64,000 nucleotides of DNA from Hydrolagus affinis (Eukaryota): assembly GCA_012026655.1 (NCBI GenBank), contig JAAILG010001356.1:1-64000 (forward strand). Direction: 5' to 3'. The notes below the pieces were generated by a model. The model saw only the letters and a list, made by a program, of their open reading frames with translations, was not told where the DNA came from and did not search any database. Below, in pieces: positions 1-12,513 of the stretch (position 1 is the stretch's first letter; every line of letters begins with the position of its first letter). The translations under genes and the position numbers were made by a program.

Positions 1-136
1 GTGTGGGACACTGCTGTGCGCAATTGGCTGCCGCAATTCGCCCACAAATATATACAGTCAATTCACTTTACAGTATATTCTGTGAAGCGCTTTGGGACGT
101 TGATAAGATGTGGAAAGCGCTATATCAAATGCAAGG

Positions 137-170
<34 letters not shown>
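1..170 (+). mobile_element. tRNA-derived SINE, 3' part with (TAT)n tail
   Basis: Same body (gtgggacactgctgtgcgcaattggctg...caaatgcaaggattattatt) as full-length copies elsewhere in the window. Confidence 0.88.
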
Positions 171-171
<1 letters not shown>

Positions 172-462
172 GTTGGGAGGACATCTCCAAGTGTTTCATG
201 TAGCTGGGAGCCTGGCTGGGGGAGGGAGGAAAGGTAGCCTAAAGTATGGTCAAAGAGATAAGCCTTACAACTGCATTTATAGAGCGCTCCGAGATGCTGC
301 ATTGTATAACTGCAAGTTGATGTTGTTTTAAAGTTGAGGGAGGAAGGGGAAAAGACGGAGATGAATGATAAAGGAGATGCTTAAAGAACATTTGAATTTG
401 CTATTCTGAAGGTAACTTAGCTACAGAATCTAAACCTTGTTTTGTTTTACTACTCTTTGTAG

Positions 463-570
463 ATCTGAAAAAATACACAATTTATAAAGTCCGACTGACT
501 GCATCGACTGCTATGGGTGAAAGCTCTCTCTCTGAAAGAGATAACATTTTTGTGCAAACTCTTGAAGATG
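463..570 (+). CDS. PTPRQ: PTPRQ exon, FN3 C-terminal half ([36 protein letters not shown])
   Basis: ttgtag acceptor, gtaag donor, 108 nt, phase 1-1. Confidence 0.92.
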
Positions 571-984
571 GTAAGAAAAAGTGTAGCAATGCTATATTCA
601 TAGAAATACACAAGGATGCCTTCAATTTTAAGCACATTTTTCTTTAATTCAGTACTTTATTAGTTTATTCTATTAACTATAAAATATGATTGTGACTTGG
701 AAATATATTTATTTTTATCTGTAACATTTTCATTCATTGTTGTGTCATGATTTTAAGACTTTGCCTAGGTCCTCAAAATAGTTCAGAATATAATCTCTTC
801 AACTATTTGTCTTGTATAAAGATATTAGATTGAAAATATCTGTACCACAGTAATGGAACCATGGGAATGAGGCGTCACACAATTTTATTTAACTTGAGAC
901 AATGGTTTGTTCCCACATAGATAAAATCCCTGCTGGTACAGTGAGTTTGAGTAGTCCTACTGAAGCCCACTGTACAGATTCCAG

Positions 985-1092
985 ATGTATATTTGATATA
1001 GTACGTTATCACATGTTCAAGATGTCTCAAAGAGCTTCATAGCATATACTGTAAAGTGAATTGACTGTATATTTTATGGGGGAAATGCAGTG
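985..1092 (-). mobile_element. SINE 3' fragment (degraded)
   Basis: gtaaagtgaattgactgtat is the reverse complement of the SINE body. Confidence 0.65.
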
Positions 1093-1408
1093 TTTGTTTT
1101 TTTGGAAATGTACAGGAAAATTTAAACCTTGCTCTGATCTATTTATATCACACATACACTGGAATTTTAAAGGTGACATTGGGGTATATCAAGTACAAAA
1201 GATGTCTATAACTAACTGAAGTCCCTCATTTTGCTAAACATAACCTTCATCTGGAGTCTGTGTCCTTTGACACCCCCATTCAGTTGAATACAAAACTGGA
1301 AACTGAAAGCTAGCACAGGCTAGCACAATCTCTGAACAGGGTTCTCAAATTAGTAATGCTTTATAGAGGTCTTTAAAAACAAAGCTTTATGTTCTTTGAG
1401 TCTTACGG

Positions 1409-1693
1409 AGCAATAGACACCTCCCTAAAACTTGACCTTTAAAAAAAAATATTTCTGCAACTGCTGTGCGCTTGAGCTGGTCACGTCCAGAGAAACCCAA
1501 TGGGATTATTGTAAACTATGAAGTCACTTACACTAATCAGACTGATTCTTCCACAATGAATAGTTTAAAAACAAGAGTTCCTCACACAAGCCTAAACCAT
1601 TCACTCTCTTATAATGTGTCTGTGTAAATGTATACCAAGTACGGTTATGGGAATCTAACATCTTTAACTATGCTTGTGGTGACTGAAAAGATG
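1409..1693 (+). pseudogene. PTPRQ: Decayed PTPRQ FN3 exon (pseudoexon 1)
   Basis: Translates as FN3 (TPP*NLTFK..NISATAVRLSWSRPEKPNGIIVNYEVTY..YNVSV*MYTKYGYGN); acceptor reads acgg instead of acag (1407-1408); in-frame stops at 1414, 1426 and 1625; frameshifts; donor gtaagt retained at 1694. Confidence 0.88.
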
Positions 1694-2074
1694 GTAAGTA
1701 CTGATCTGTAATACTATCACTCTAAGACAGCGTTGGGGTATTAGGAATTTATATTTCTGCCAAGAACATGGAAGCACACTGCTGTTACTTGGAAAATGGG
1801 AAATTATAGCTCTTACTCAATACATCAAACATGTTTTCTGCAGCTGGGATATAATTCTGATCCATTAAAAAGCCATCTGTAGCTGTGGAAGCTGATATCT
1901 CTTTAACTGTTTGCGCCTACCAGGAGATTTTTTCACCTAAAGGCCACTCACTTTAATGGAAGATTTTCTTTTTCTTGTGAAGCAAAGGGTTAACGATCAA
2001 ATGGAGCAATATTTTGTTCTGTCTGAAGGTCCATGTGATTTAGAATGTATCAACTCATCTTGCTTTCTTTACTG

Positions 2075-2325
2075 CTCCTTGCAGCCCGCCCTTTAATGTG
2101 ACCTATAAGAGCATTAGTTCCACTGAGGTAGCAGTTTCATGGAACCCACCACTGAATGCCAATAGTATTATATTATTCTACACTGTAAACTATTGGAATG
2201 CCTATGACTCCTTTAAATGCTTCCTTATATGAGACATTTCTTGTAAGTTTTCCCAATACTCAGTTATGTTTTCCACTACTGCAGGGTTTGGCACTGAAAA
2301 ATTAAATGAACGACATGCTAAAAAA
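2075..2325 (+). pseudogene. PTPRQ: Decayed PTPRQ FN3 exon (pseudoexon 2)
   Basis: APCSPPFNVTYKSISSTEVAVSWNPPLNANSIILFYTVNYWN...*...KFSQYSVMFSTTAGFG; acceptor reads actg instead of acag (2073-2074); TGA at 2230; 3' end approximate. Confidence 0.8.
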
Positions 2326-3139
2326 GTAAACAAGTAAAAAAAAGTTGAATAGCTTGCACAACAGCTTTTGACAGGGAACAAAATATGTCTATCTCATTAT
2401 AAACTTCACAGTGGATAGTGAATTTATATCTGAGCTGAACTAATATTATTTGTAGTCTGGATGTCCACAGGATTCAGAATATTCGGTTGCAAGAATGTTT
2501 TTCCTTCCTTGTGTCAATTTTCATGACAAAGCTGTTTGACACTCTTTTTCTTTTGCTGTAATATACTGGGGAAAGCCATTTCACCCATTGAGTATGCTGC
2601 ACCATTTTATTTGTTCACCCTGAGCTCTTTATTTTTCTAATCCAGTATCTTGGCCTTTCTCTGTATCTCTTTGATATGCAAGTATATAACCATTTCTCCT
2701 TAAACATCTCAAGTACTGTACTGGGCATCTATGGTCATCTGTTAGCGCATTCCACAATCTTACAACTCTTTAGCTAATTTATCACTTCTCTATTCACTCA
2801 GTAAACTTGCTATAGAGAAGATATGGGTCAGAAATTTTTGAAAACTTCATGCACAATCATTTCAATAATGTGCTATCACTGTGGGTTTTGCTCCATTCTG
2901 ATAAATACCTTTGTTACTGTGGGTTTTATTATTAATCAATTTATTCCACAATTTGGCTCAGTTTTGATAGAGATTTACATATCAGCCCTTAGAGCACTGA
3001 CTTTTCAGTTATTTATGTGGTGTTTGCTGTTGATTTGTCAGGGAAATAAGATGTTGCAAAGAACCAAATATGTATTGTTATATCTTTTCAAAGGTAGTAA
3101 ACTGTGGCTGAGCACATTCTTTATTTGTTTACCTTACAG

Positions 3140-3322
3140 TTCCTGATGGTCCACCACAAAACATCACATATGTACACCTTTTTCCATCGGACGTAGAAGT
3201 ATCCTTCTCTCCACCAACAGCTCCTAATGGAATTATCCTTTTCTACACATTATATCTCACATCCTTGAATGGCAGTGAAGAGCGTGTAACCAACAGCACA
3301 AATGTAACTGCTAAAATAACAG
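3140..3322 (+). CDS. PTPRQ: PTPRQ exon, FN3 N-half (VPDGPPQNITY...PNGIILFYTLYL...AKITG)
   Basis: ttacag/gtaaag, 183 nt, phase 1-1. Confidence 0.93.
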
Positions 3323-3501
3323 GTAAAGAATAATAAGCAACAATAAAGAATACTTGTGGGCCTTCCCTGGAATTAAGAGCTATTATACATCTTTTCAAAG
3401 CATATTTTACCTTTTCACATCTTATGTATGTACTGGTGATTCAAAACTGGTGATTCAAAACCAAAACTAAAACTCTTTCTCCATTTATCATTTTGTTACA
3501 G

Positions 3502-3603
3502 GTTTAAAGACTTATGAAAAATATATTTTGAAAATATCTGCAAGTACTAGCAAAGGTGAAGGAAATCAAAGTGAACCAATGTACATTTTAACTAAAGAGG
3601 ATG
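3502..3603 (+). CDS. PTPRQ: PTPRQ exon, FN3 C-half (GLKTYEKYILKISASTSKGEGNQSEPMYILTKED)
   Basis: ttacag/gtaagt, 102 nt. Confidence 0.93.
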
Positions 3604-3934
3604 GTAAGTAAGACTTTGAAGAACCTGAAATATTTGTTTTGGATTGCTTCACATTTAGTTTTCAGAATTGAATCTATATAATTTTAAATCATTATTGTTT
3701 TCCCATTAATTTGTTAGCAGAAAAGTTAAATCATAATCCACAAAACGGAACCTTCGATTTTTTTTTAGCAACTTTGAGAATCAAGGTGGCTGTTTTGTTT
3801 GCCAGAATCCTGGTCCGAGATGCACACAGTACAACATCACTTATGTGCCAGCCTGGCTCAGTTGGTGATTGTGGGTTCAAGCCGCAGGTCAAGACTCTGC
3901 TGGCCTTCCCAATTCCTCCCTCCATAGGCTGCAG

Positions 3935-4450
3935 ATAATCCAGAACTCTGCAGCCCATGTCCTCTACCGCTCCAAGCTTTGTGACACCATCTACCCAATC
4001 CTTGCCTGACCATTGGCTCCCCATCATCCAGAGGATTCAATTCAAGATCCTGGTCCTCACATTCAAAGCCCTCCCACCCTACCACTATGGTCTCCAAACC
4101 CTCTATGAACCTGCCCGGCCCTCCGTTTGGCAGGCTGCAGTCTGCTCCATTTCCCCCGATTCACTCACCCCACCATTGGCGGGTGAGCTTTCAGCCACTC
4201 CACCCCTAACATCTGGAACTCTATCCTGCAGTCTCTCTGCTTCACCCTCTCCCTAGCCTCCTTCTAGTCCTGCCTCTAGACTCTCTTCTTCGACAATCCC
4301 TTTGGTCACCCTAAATACCCCCTTTTCCCTCCACCCTCCCCGTCCCCAATCCCAGCTCAGGTCTGAAACAATGCCTGTCCAGCTCCTTGGGATGTCCTCC
4401 TGATGTGAAAGGAACTAAATAAGTTTAATTTTGTTGTTGTTGTTGTTGTT
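3935..4450 (+). mobile_element. L2-like LINE 3' fragment with (GTT)n tail, nested in an older SINE
   Basis: IIQNSAA..HWLPIIQRIQFKILVLTFKAL ORF2 C-terminal signature; tail tcctcctgatgtgaaagg..ttgttgttgtt. Confidence 0.82.
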
Positions 4451-4454
4451 AAAC

Positions 4455-4785
4455 AAACAGTCTAGGCTGACACTCCATCCAATACAGTGTTAGGGGAACA
4501 CAGTATTGGTGGTGCCATCCTTCAGTTGAGATGTTAAACTGAAGTTCCTTCTGATGGTTCAGATAGACTTCAAAGATCTCTTTGAAAAGAGAAGGGAGCT
4601 TCCTTCTCCCGGTGTCCTGGCCAACAGATAAATACGGTCATTCATTTCAAGATTTTTTGTGAAACATTGCTTTGTGCAAATTGGTAGCTGGTTTGTCTGC
4701 AAAACACATGGTATATCCAGTGAAGAGCTTTGAGACTTGCTCGTATGTAAAACGGGATGTATCAAATATAACTAATTATTATTGT
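4455..4785 (+). mobile_element. Older Deu-like SINE body (head at about 3845-3890)
   Basis: tctaggctgacactcc..ggtgccatccttcag..gagatgttaaac..cccggtgtcctggccaac..caaattggtagctg. Confidence 0.65.
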
Positions 4786-5137
4786 TTCAAATAGGAACCA
4801 GTCAGCAAGTGCTGCTTTCTGTCTGTTTGGTGAAGCATTTAGAGGCATTGCAGTGCATTCCAGGTTGAGTGTGCATTACAAAACATTACATTAATGACGT
4901 AAACGATACTTTATAACATAATGATGTAATTACATTTCAGGGGTACAGTCTTGTTCATTTTTTAATACATTGCTTATAACATGGCCGCTGAGCAACTGGA
5001 TGCAGCCAATCATGCTATAAAGATGTTCCCCTGTAGGCCATCATAAGATGTTTAAAATGATAACTACTGTATTGTTATTTCACCATCTGGAAATAACCAA
5101 CATTGACATCCTGCAATTTGTCTTTTTACTCACATAG

Positions 5138-5258
5138 TTCCTGTCTCTCCGCCACGATCATTGGCATCAGAACAATTGTCTTTTACCACTGTACGTCTGT
5201 CATGGGAACCTCCCTTGGAGCCTAATGGAATTATATTGTATTACACTATTCATGTTTG
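5138..5258 (+). CDS. PTPRQ: PTPRQ exon, FN3 N-half (VPVSPPRSL...[20 protein letters not shown])
   Basis: catag/gtaag, 121 nt, phase 1-2. Confidence 0.93.
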
Positions 5259-5712
5259 GTAAGATTCTTCTGCAAACAATAACATGGTTTTCAACATTCA
5301 TAGCACTTGCTGATTTGAATGCATGCATCCCTTTTGTTACAACTGTTATTATCAAATGATAATTGATTTTCCTCCAATTTTTCTCCCATGTTTTGCTTGC
5401 TCAAAAATATCACCTATTGGGCTTTCTGAGGTGTAGAATAATTCATGCTTGCTATCCATTGCTGTTCCATGATGATAAGCCAAGTACAGGGTGATTCAAG
5501 CAACATAAGATGAATGATATCAGTTTTCCCTCCTTGGTAATGGGATAGCTTTGTGTTATGGGGGATGGGGGGGAGGTGGGGATTTCAAGTTTGTGACTTG
5601 GCTGAGAGGTAAAAATATTTGCTTCACAAAAGGAAGTGAGTTGGAAGAATAAATGCTCTGTGTATTGACCATGCCATGAAAATATTTTAAATATTATTGC
5701 ATGCATCTTATA

Positions 5713-6037
5713 CAGTAAAACCTCGATAATCCAACATTCTGAAAGCCGGAATCTCCCTAAAAGCAGCAAGATTTAAAAATCCACACAGAATAAATTTTTT
5801 TACGATGTCCGGGAAATCTCCTAAAATTCGGAACGGGCTGCTTGCAGTTCAAACTGGCACTGCTCTGGTATCCGGCACTGTGGGTGGAGGTCGAGCATTG
5901 TTTGGCTTCAGCGAAGTGTTTACAGGACATGTGTTGTATGCTTCCCCAGCCATTTCTAGGGTAGGTTTTAAATACCGGCAAACTCCGAAATCCGGGATGT
6001 GAGTGGCCCAACCATGCTGGATATTCAGATTTTATTG
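5713..6037. mobile_element. Tc1/mariner-pogo (Tigger-like) MITE
   Basis: Imperfect TIRs CAGTAAAACCTCGATAATCC / GGATATTCAGATTTTATTG, flanked by TA. Confidence 0.72.
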
Positions 6038-6544
6038 TATATTCTGTATACATTGGTGCATGCATCTTATAGAAACAAAGCAAACATATGATGTGCTTGG
6101 GGAAGGATTGGCAAATGATTGCTGGTTGCTCCATCACCAATAAAGCTTGCCTCCTCCCTGCTACTGAGCGTCTCTGTGAAGCTCCTTGAGAGGTTCAGTT
6201 TCATAAAATGGACTATATTAAGTAAAGTGGTATTGCTATTGTCATCAGGGATTGCAGCATGCTAGCAGTTCTGAATACTACTATGTGTTTTGAGAACTGA
6301 GTATTGCTACCAGTTCCTTGAGACGTCCTCCAAACGTGAAAGGTAGTATACAAATGTAATTTTCTATTGTTTTAGCCTCAGGCTATTATGTACTTTTGGA
6401 GCATTGTGACTTAAATCATTTAGCACAAAGAAGGAAAATAGCAGGGCTATAAGGTGAGAGCATTTTGCAAAGAAAAAGATAGACAAAAATAATATGAAAT
6501 ATATTTAGGAGGAAGCATTATACCTACAAGGGAGAGAAGGAAAT

Positions 6545-6745
6545 AGAGGTGTGTAGGAGAGGGATTTAGGTGGAGTTGAGGCTTGTATGATAGGATGGGT
6601 GAGGCATGGGAGGATGAATGGAGGAGACGGTTTGTGGTAGAGAAGAGGAGCCTGGTGTTATCCTTGGCTTCCAAGATTAACTTGGCAGAGGCAAGGACAG
6701 ACCGATAGGTATTCGTGTGATCCAGCCAAATCTGTGAATGGACTG
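6545..6745 (-). mobile_element. L2-like LINE ORF2 internal fragment
   Basis: Minus strand encodes LEAKDNTRLLFSTTNRLL, similar to the region upstream of RT in L2/CR1-group ORF2. Confidence 0.55.
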
Positions 6746-7042
6746 TTAGTTTGGATTTGGTCCAGGTGCGTTCGGTGACTTACAGTTGTGCCTTGAGGGT
6801 TCACAGGGAATGCCTGATTTGTATTTACAGATACCCAGTGATTTCCTTGTTATATTGCCCAATTTAACTTTGATATGTGGAAGATATAACAACAATAGCA
6901 ACTGGGGTGGCAGGTGACCATAAGCAAGGTCGAAAAGGGAAGTTTTCAAGCAAGTCTTGAAAAGGGGGAGAGTGGGCAAGGCGGAGAAATTGAGAGAGAG
7001 TGTTCAAGATAACTTGATTCGAATGCTAGATAATCTTCATTA

Positions 7043-7265
7043 TAGAATCATAGAATATTACAGCACAGAAGGATGCCACTCAGTCCATCGTGCCTGTGCT
7101 GGCTCTTTGGAAGAGCTACCCAACCAATCCCAATCCCCTGCTTTTTCCACATATCCTTGCAAATTTTTTCTTTTCAAGTACCTATCCAATTCCCTTTTGA
7201 AAGTTGTTATTGAATCTGTTTCCACCACCCTGTCAGGCAGTGCATTCCAGACTGTAACAACTCTT
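7043..7265 (-). mobile_element. CR1-like LINE 3' end
   Basis: atagaatcatagaat tail repeats followed by typical reversed CR1 3'UTR/ORF2 end. Confidence 0.8.
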
Positions 7266-7423
7266 ATTAGCCTTTAACCTGATAAATCAATCAAAGTGCA
7301 GCACATAAACAAAAACTGAAAAGGTATTGTAGGGTTAATACCTTAATTTAACATTTTAATGTCTGATCATGTGAAAGAGTGTTGATGTTTTTTTTTCCTT
7401 TTTTGGCGTTACTTTGTCTGCAG

Positions 7424-7584
7424 GAGTGCATCCACACAATTCACTTTAAATGTAACTGGGACATCTGCGCTGTTGACAGATTTAGAACATAATCGCGAAC
7501 ACCATGCTTTTGTAACAGCAAATACGAGGCATGGTGATGGAGGAATGAAAAGCAACAATATCACATTCCGAACATCTGAGGGTT
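7424..7584 (+). CDS. PTPRQ: PTPRQ exon, FN3 C-half (SASTQFTLNVTGTS...ANTRHGDGGMKSNNITFRTSEG)
   Basis: ctgcag/gtaagt, 161 nt, phase 2-1. Confidence 0.92.
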
Positions 7585-7689
7585 GTAAGTGCTTACATTG
7601 AGTTTTGAAACCTGCTGGGTACTTGAGTGGTGACACTGGTTGTAATAGTAAATGGTATTTTTTTTTTAAATGTATAAATTAGCCTCTTG

Positions 7690-7865
7690 TTGATGAGAAG
7701 CTGATGGAGAAATAAAATAATTCATAGGGAATCTATAAAGAAAAATTAACAGAGGTACGGAGTAAGAGCAAGCAGTGGGACTAGTTAGATAACTCTTTCA
7801 AAGAGCCGATGGAGGCACAATGGGCCAAATGACCTCCTCCTCTACTATAAGATTCTATGAATCTG
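7690..7865 (+). mobile_element. CR1-like LINE 3' end (degraded)
   Basis: ctctttcaaagagccg..ggcacaatgggccaaatgacctcctcc..gattctatga. Confidence 0.7.
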
Positions 7866-7927
7866 TAATAATGTTTACTCTTTTCAAAAATGAATCATTT
7901 TGATTATGTTGTATCTTTGTGCTTCAG

Positions 7928-8073
7928 CTCCAAGTGATCCACCAGGCAATGTTTCCTATGTCAACATAAGTTCGACTTCTATTCAGGTGTTTTGGAATCC
8001 TCCCGACAAACCTCACAGAAACCTTCAATATTACACAATTTATTATAGAAATACTTCTGGCATTTTTACACTG
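7928..8073 (+). CDS. PTPRQ: PTPRQ exon, FN3 N-half (PSDPPGNVSYVNISSTSIQVFWNPP...YYRNTSGIFTL)
   Basis: ttcag/gtgggt, 146 nt; lies within ORF 7900..8169. Confidence 0.92.
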
Positions 8074-8318
8074 GTGGGTACTTTCTGTCTTAAGGTCAAC
8101 TTTCATCCATCTTCTCTTCTCAGGACATCCCCAGCCTCACCAGGTTTTGGCTCTAGTCAGTTGTGGTAATCACTTTGAGATTACCCCTTGACCTGAAAGG
8201 CACTCTGCAAATGTAAATTGTTGTTGCTTAATTGATGCGAAGTGAGGAAGTCTTCAACTAAAATAATCAGTGCTCTGATTTCTCAAGATATGTTAAAAAC
8301 TTTACGTTTGCTTTTCAG

Positions 8319-8487
8319 AATGTCACAGATTTTGATAAAGAAAGCAGTGTGGAAAATGCAAACATTTCAGTCCAACTGAATAACTTGGCCAAATTCAGCC
8401 ACTATCAACTGTGGGTATCAGCTGGTACGGCTCTTGGAGATGGGAATCAGACCAGTGAAATGATTGATGTAAACACTGTTGAAGATG
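8319..8487 (+). CDS. PTPRQ: PTPRQ exon, FN3 C-half (NVTDFD...LAKFSHYQLWVSAGTALGDGNQTSEMIDVNTVED)
   Basis: tttcag/gtgag, 169 nt. Confidence 0.93.
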
Positions 8488-9536
8488 GTGAGTTTCATTC
8501 AAATGCAAAAAAAAACTAATAAGGTAAAGTGTAATACCTGATGTTCATTAGTGCTTAAACCTTTTCTTTATATCCTAAATCCACATATCATTAATAATAA
8601 ACAATCCTTGCATTTGGTGTAGCACCTTGTCATATTGTTGAGACATCTCAAAGCCCCTTTTATTATGGAACTTTTAGTTTTTAATTAATGAACAACCATG
8701 AAGTGAGTAAAAAATTTAGTTTCATCTGGATGATTGTTTAAATATTTCATTCAAGGGATGATGTCTCCCAACATTGCTTTGGAATGTAGACATGGTCTTG
8801 AACCCACAACCTTTCCGTTTTTAGAATCAAAGTTAGTGAAGCTGAGTGTGAGGAGAGGACAGGCTTTGGAGAGAAAGGGAGAGAGTGAAAAACCTTTAAA
8901 AATCCATAATACTGTACCATCTTGTCTGTTCCTTCCGATTGAAATATCATTCACTAACCATTTGCTAAGAAAGATGATGACTTGCAAGGGGCATTCAGCT
9001 TCGAGGGGTAACATTGCACAACATTTTTTTGGAAACCCTGCTCTAGACTATTGAGTTACCCATGATTTCATTTTTACTTCCTGAATTGAGACATGTGGTT
9101 GAGAATTTTTTTTTCTAAATTCTGAAGAAACTTGCTGATTTATCAATATTTTAATTATGTGTGGAATTAAGTTCACCAATATCTAAAGAATGATTCACTG
9201 TAAAACTTGCACACAATGATTTATCCAGCCTCTCTTATGCTGTAATGGAGAACCTTTCAAACTCTAAGAATTTTACCTTTCACCTCACATTTTAATTAAC
9301 TACACAAAACATGCATAATGTCATATTGTCACACAATATGACTGAGCATAATTAACCAGTTGTGATCTTATATTGAAGTGAAAAATATCTAATTCATAAT
9401 TTTATTAGTATTATGTTTTTATTATCACATAATCCTGACAGCTTTATTATTGCCTGACTGTTGCATAGTTAAATGCTGTTTGCTCTTTTTACAGTAGATA
9501 TATTAAGTTAAACGTTACTGCATTTGTTCAATGTAG

Positions 9537-9830
9537 TTCCAGAAGGACCTGTTCAAAATGTTACCTTTCAAAATATTTCTTCAACATCAGTAACTATAAG
9601 CTGGCTACCACCTCTTCAGCCAAATGGCAATGTATTCTACCACATTTCCTGGAGTGTAGGAGTCCATGAGTTATCCAGCCAGAAGTTCTCCAAAATTACT
9701 ACTGACACAAGTATACTAATTGAAGGACTGCAAATGACCACAGACTACATGATCAGTGTCACTCCTGCAACAAGCAGAGGATATTCAGAAAATACTACAA
9801 CAATCCTACATGTCAGAACAGATGTAGGCA
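9537..9830 (+). CDS. PTPRQ: PTPRQ exon, whole FN3 repeat (VPEGPVQNVTFQNISSTSV...VRTDVG)
   Basis: tgtag/gtaagt, 294 nt; ORF 9524..9838. Confidence 0.93.
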
Positions 9831-10731
9831 GTAAGTAATTATTTATTATGACAAATATTACAGTACCCCAAATGTATTATTTGATAAGGCCTACCAAGGA
9901 TCTGACAATCTAAAATTTCAACATGTTCAAATATTTTATCTTAATTTGGACTAATTAAAAAAAGTTTTTTCCATTTAAAATATTAGATATTTTAATGATA
10001 ATTTTTATTATTGATAATAGAAGCACAATCCCAAAGTAGATTAAAATACACGTTATGTTGTGACACAGATGGTAACTGTTTTATAACAGTAAACAGATGC
10101 AAATTAAATACTAGCAATATTTTCTACTGTGGCATCTGTGAAGGTTAATGTTGTGTGCATTTCTAGTTATAAATCCTATTAACTATGATACTAATATGTT
10201 TATTTATTCAATTACAAACAAGTAATTAATTATTTAAATGTAGGTGAATGGCTAGGAAAACAAAATTTCAGCATTTTATTGTTTAACATCCCAGGTGCTG
10301 TGAGATTACTGCAGGTCATGTATGCATGAGTTAAATCATTTAGAAGTGAAGCTTTATAAACACATTTATATGCTATTCACACCCATTATAGTTTCCCTCT
10401 GGTTTCTCCTGTAGTCAATAAGCCTAGTGACTAGGCTGTATATCTTTTGAATTGTATATTTTTTGTGTATAATACCTAATGAAATATAGCAACATTGTTT
10501 GTAGCAAAGTAAAATTGAAAGCTAAGCAGTATGCTGCAAATAACAAATATATCTATGTTCTTTTCTTTATGCATGTCGTATCTTGCAAATATTAATTTGT
10601 CAATAATTCCTTATTATGTGTCCCTCTCCTACTGTACAATGTTAGCTGATTATTTCTACTTGTATTCAGAGTATCAATTGTCCTGGGACATTTGGTAAAA
10701 TCCATTTTTAATTTTATTTTTTAAAATTTAG

Positions 10732-11007
10732 TTCCAGAAATATCACCAGCAAATCTCACATATAGAAATCTATCAGCTACTGCAATCCAACTATCCTGGA
10801 ATCCAATTTCCGAAATGAACGATACTATAATATTTTACACCATAGAACTCAGTGGACCGTCTGGGACTAATTTCTCCACAACCACAAGGAATAGTCTAAC
10901 CATAACTAACCTTCTGCCTTTCACACACTATAATGTCTCTGTGTCTGCAAACACAAGCAAAGGTATTGGTTCCTCCTCTTCACTCACGGTATTAACAGAT
11001 GAATCAG
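10732..11007 (+). CDS. PTPRQ: PTPRQ exon, whole FN3 repeat (PEISPANLTYRNLSATA...VLTDES)
   Basis: tttag/gtgag, 276 nt. Confidence 0.93.
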
Positions 11008-12361
11008 GTGAGTAACAATCAACTGAAGTATTGCTATTGCTAATACTGTATTTGGAAAGAATTTCACACGTGAGTTTAACAACAACAAAATTACATTTAT
11101 AGAGTGTCTTTCACATCAGGAGGATGTTCCAAGGCGCTGAATAGTCAGGTCGGGACCCGAGCAAGGGAGAGGGGCAGGGTAGGGGGGAGGGGTGGATTAA
11201 TAATCTACTGTATTGCTAAAATAACGCAATGAGTGAATAGCATCAATATATAAGATTGTTTTACCAAGGAATGGTGAGATGGTAATTGACGTCCAGCTGT
11301 CTTCTATAATGAGTTTCCAATCTTATCAGTTCATTGGGGGTAGTGATATTTTCCCACCAGGAAGTATTGGAGGCTTATCTCTCATGCTCTGGAAGCATCA
11401 AGAGGGACATTGGAGGAGTTGTGGGACTTGATGGCCTGCAACTCGCATAGGTGACATAGAGGAAAAGGGAAAGGATAGTTTTCTTGGAATACTAATCATT
11501 GTACAGTTTATGACAGTTAATGACATTTATTTTCAATATCTTACTGGCATCAGTATCTACATTGCTATGAATTTACACTTGTGATAAATAGTTATGCTGA
11601 TCAATGTAAGGTTTTGCTGGTGGTGGGGAATGGAACACGTGTATTTTGCCGGAGTAGACCTCAATTACCAGTATAACATGAGCCAAACCGCAGAGTAAAG
11701 CTCCCTCTACTTTGCCTCAAGAAATTTCCTGGCCATTATATTTATAAACAGTTCAAGTTGCCTTGTAATAATGTAATAAAAATAATAATGCTTCCGTGCC
11801 TTTCACATCAGGAGGATCATACAGTACAGTACAATCACATAAATTACTGTAAGCATAGCAACTACGTGTCTACAGGCAATCTCATCGTCAATTTGCACAC
11901 AGCATTGTCCCATTAAAAAGCTGAAGTAAATGACAAATTTTATCTGCAGAATTGTTAGTCAGGGCACCAGGAGAAACAACGTTCCATTTTTGAATGATGC
12001 ATATTAAGGTAATACAGAACCTTGATCTCTTTCTCCAGCCTAAAACCAAATTTATTTGTTAATAAACTGTATTGAGAATAGCTTTCACCTATATTCTCGG
12101 TTGAACTGTTAACTTTACTGTTTTGTTCAGACATTTACATTTTCAGAAAGCTTTTGGGTTTATAATGACTAAAACAGATGCAATTTGATAAGACTGTGAA
12201 TGAAACGACAAAAGTTTATCTGTAACAACAGACAAAAACAGAATCTCAACTGGAGTTCAGAACATTGTGTCATTTCAGCTGATAGGATATTTATGGATGT
12301 ATGAATCAATAACTTATCAACATTTTAAACTGCATGATTTGTTTGGATGATTTTTTTCCAG

Positions 12362-12513
12362 TGCCATCGGCTCCTCCACAAAATCTGGAAATAGTAAATA
12401 GTTCAGCAGATTCAGTCTTGGTTCGGTGGAAACCCAGTCCTACGCCAAATGGTCATGTGCAGCTCTACAGTTTTAAAATCGTTGAAAGCAGAAATCAAAG
12501 CACATTTTTCAAG
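12362..12513 (+). CDS. PTPRQ: PTPRQ exon, FN3 N-half (VPSAPPQNLEIVNSSADSVLVRWKPSP...STFFK)
   Basis: ttccag/gtactg, 152 nt. Confidence 0.92.

Noticed and set aside
1-331. ORFs with poly-Tyr, poly-Leu and poly-Ile runs, and similar ORFs at 17172, 24000, 29415, 30336, 37064 and 52055
   Set aside because: They are translations of SINE bodies and (TAT)n tails, not genes
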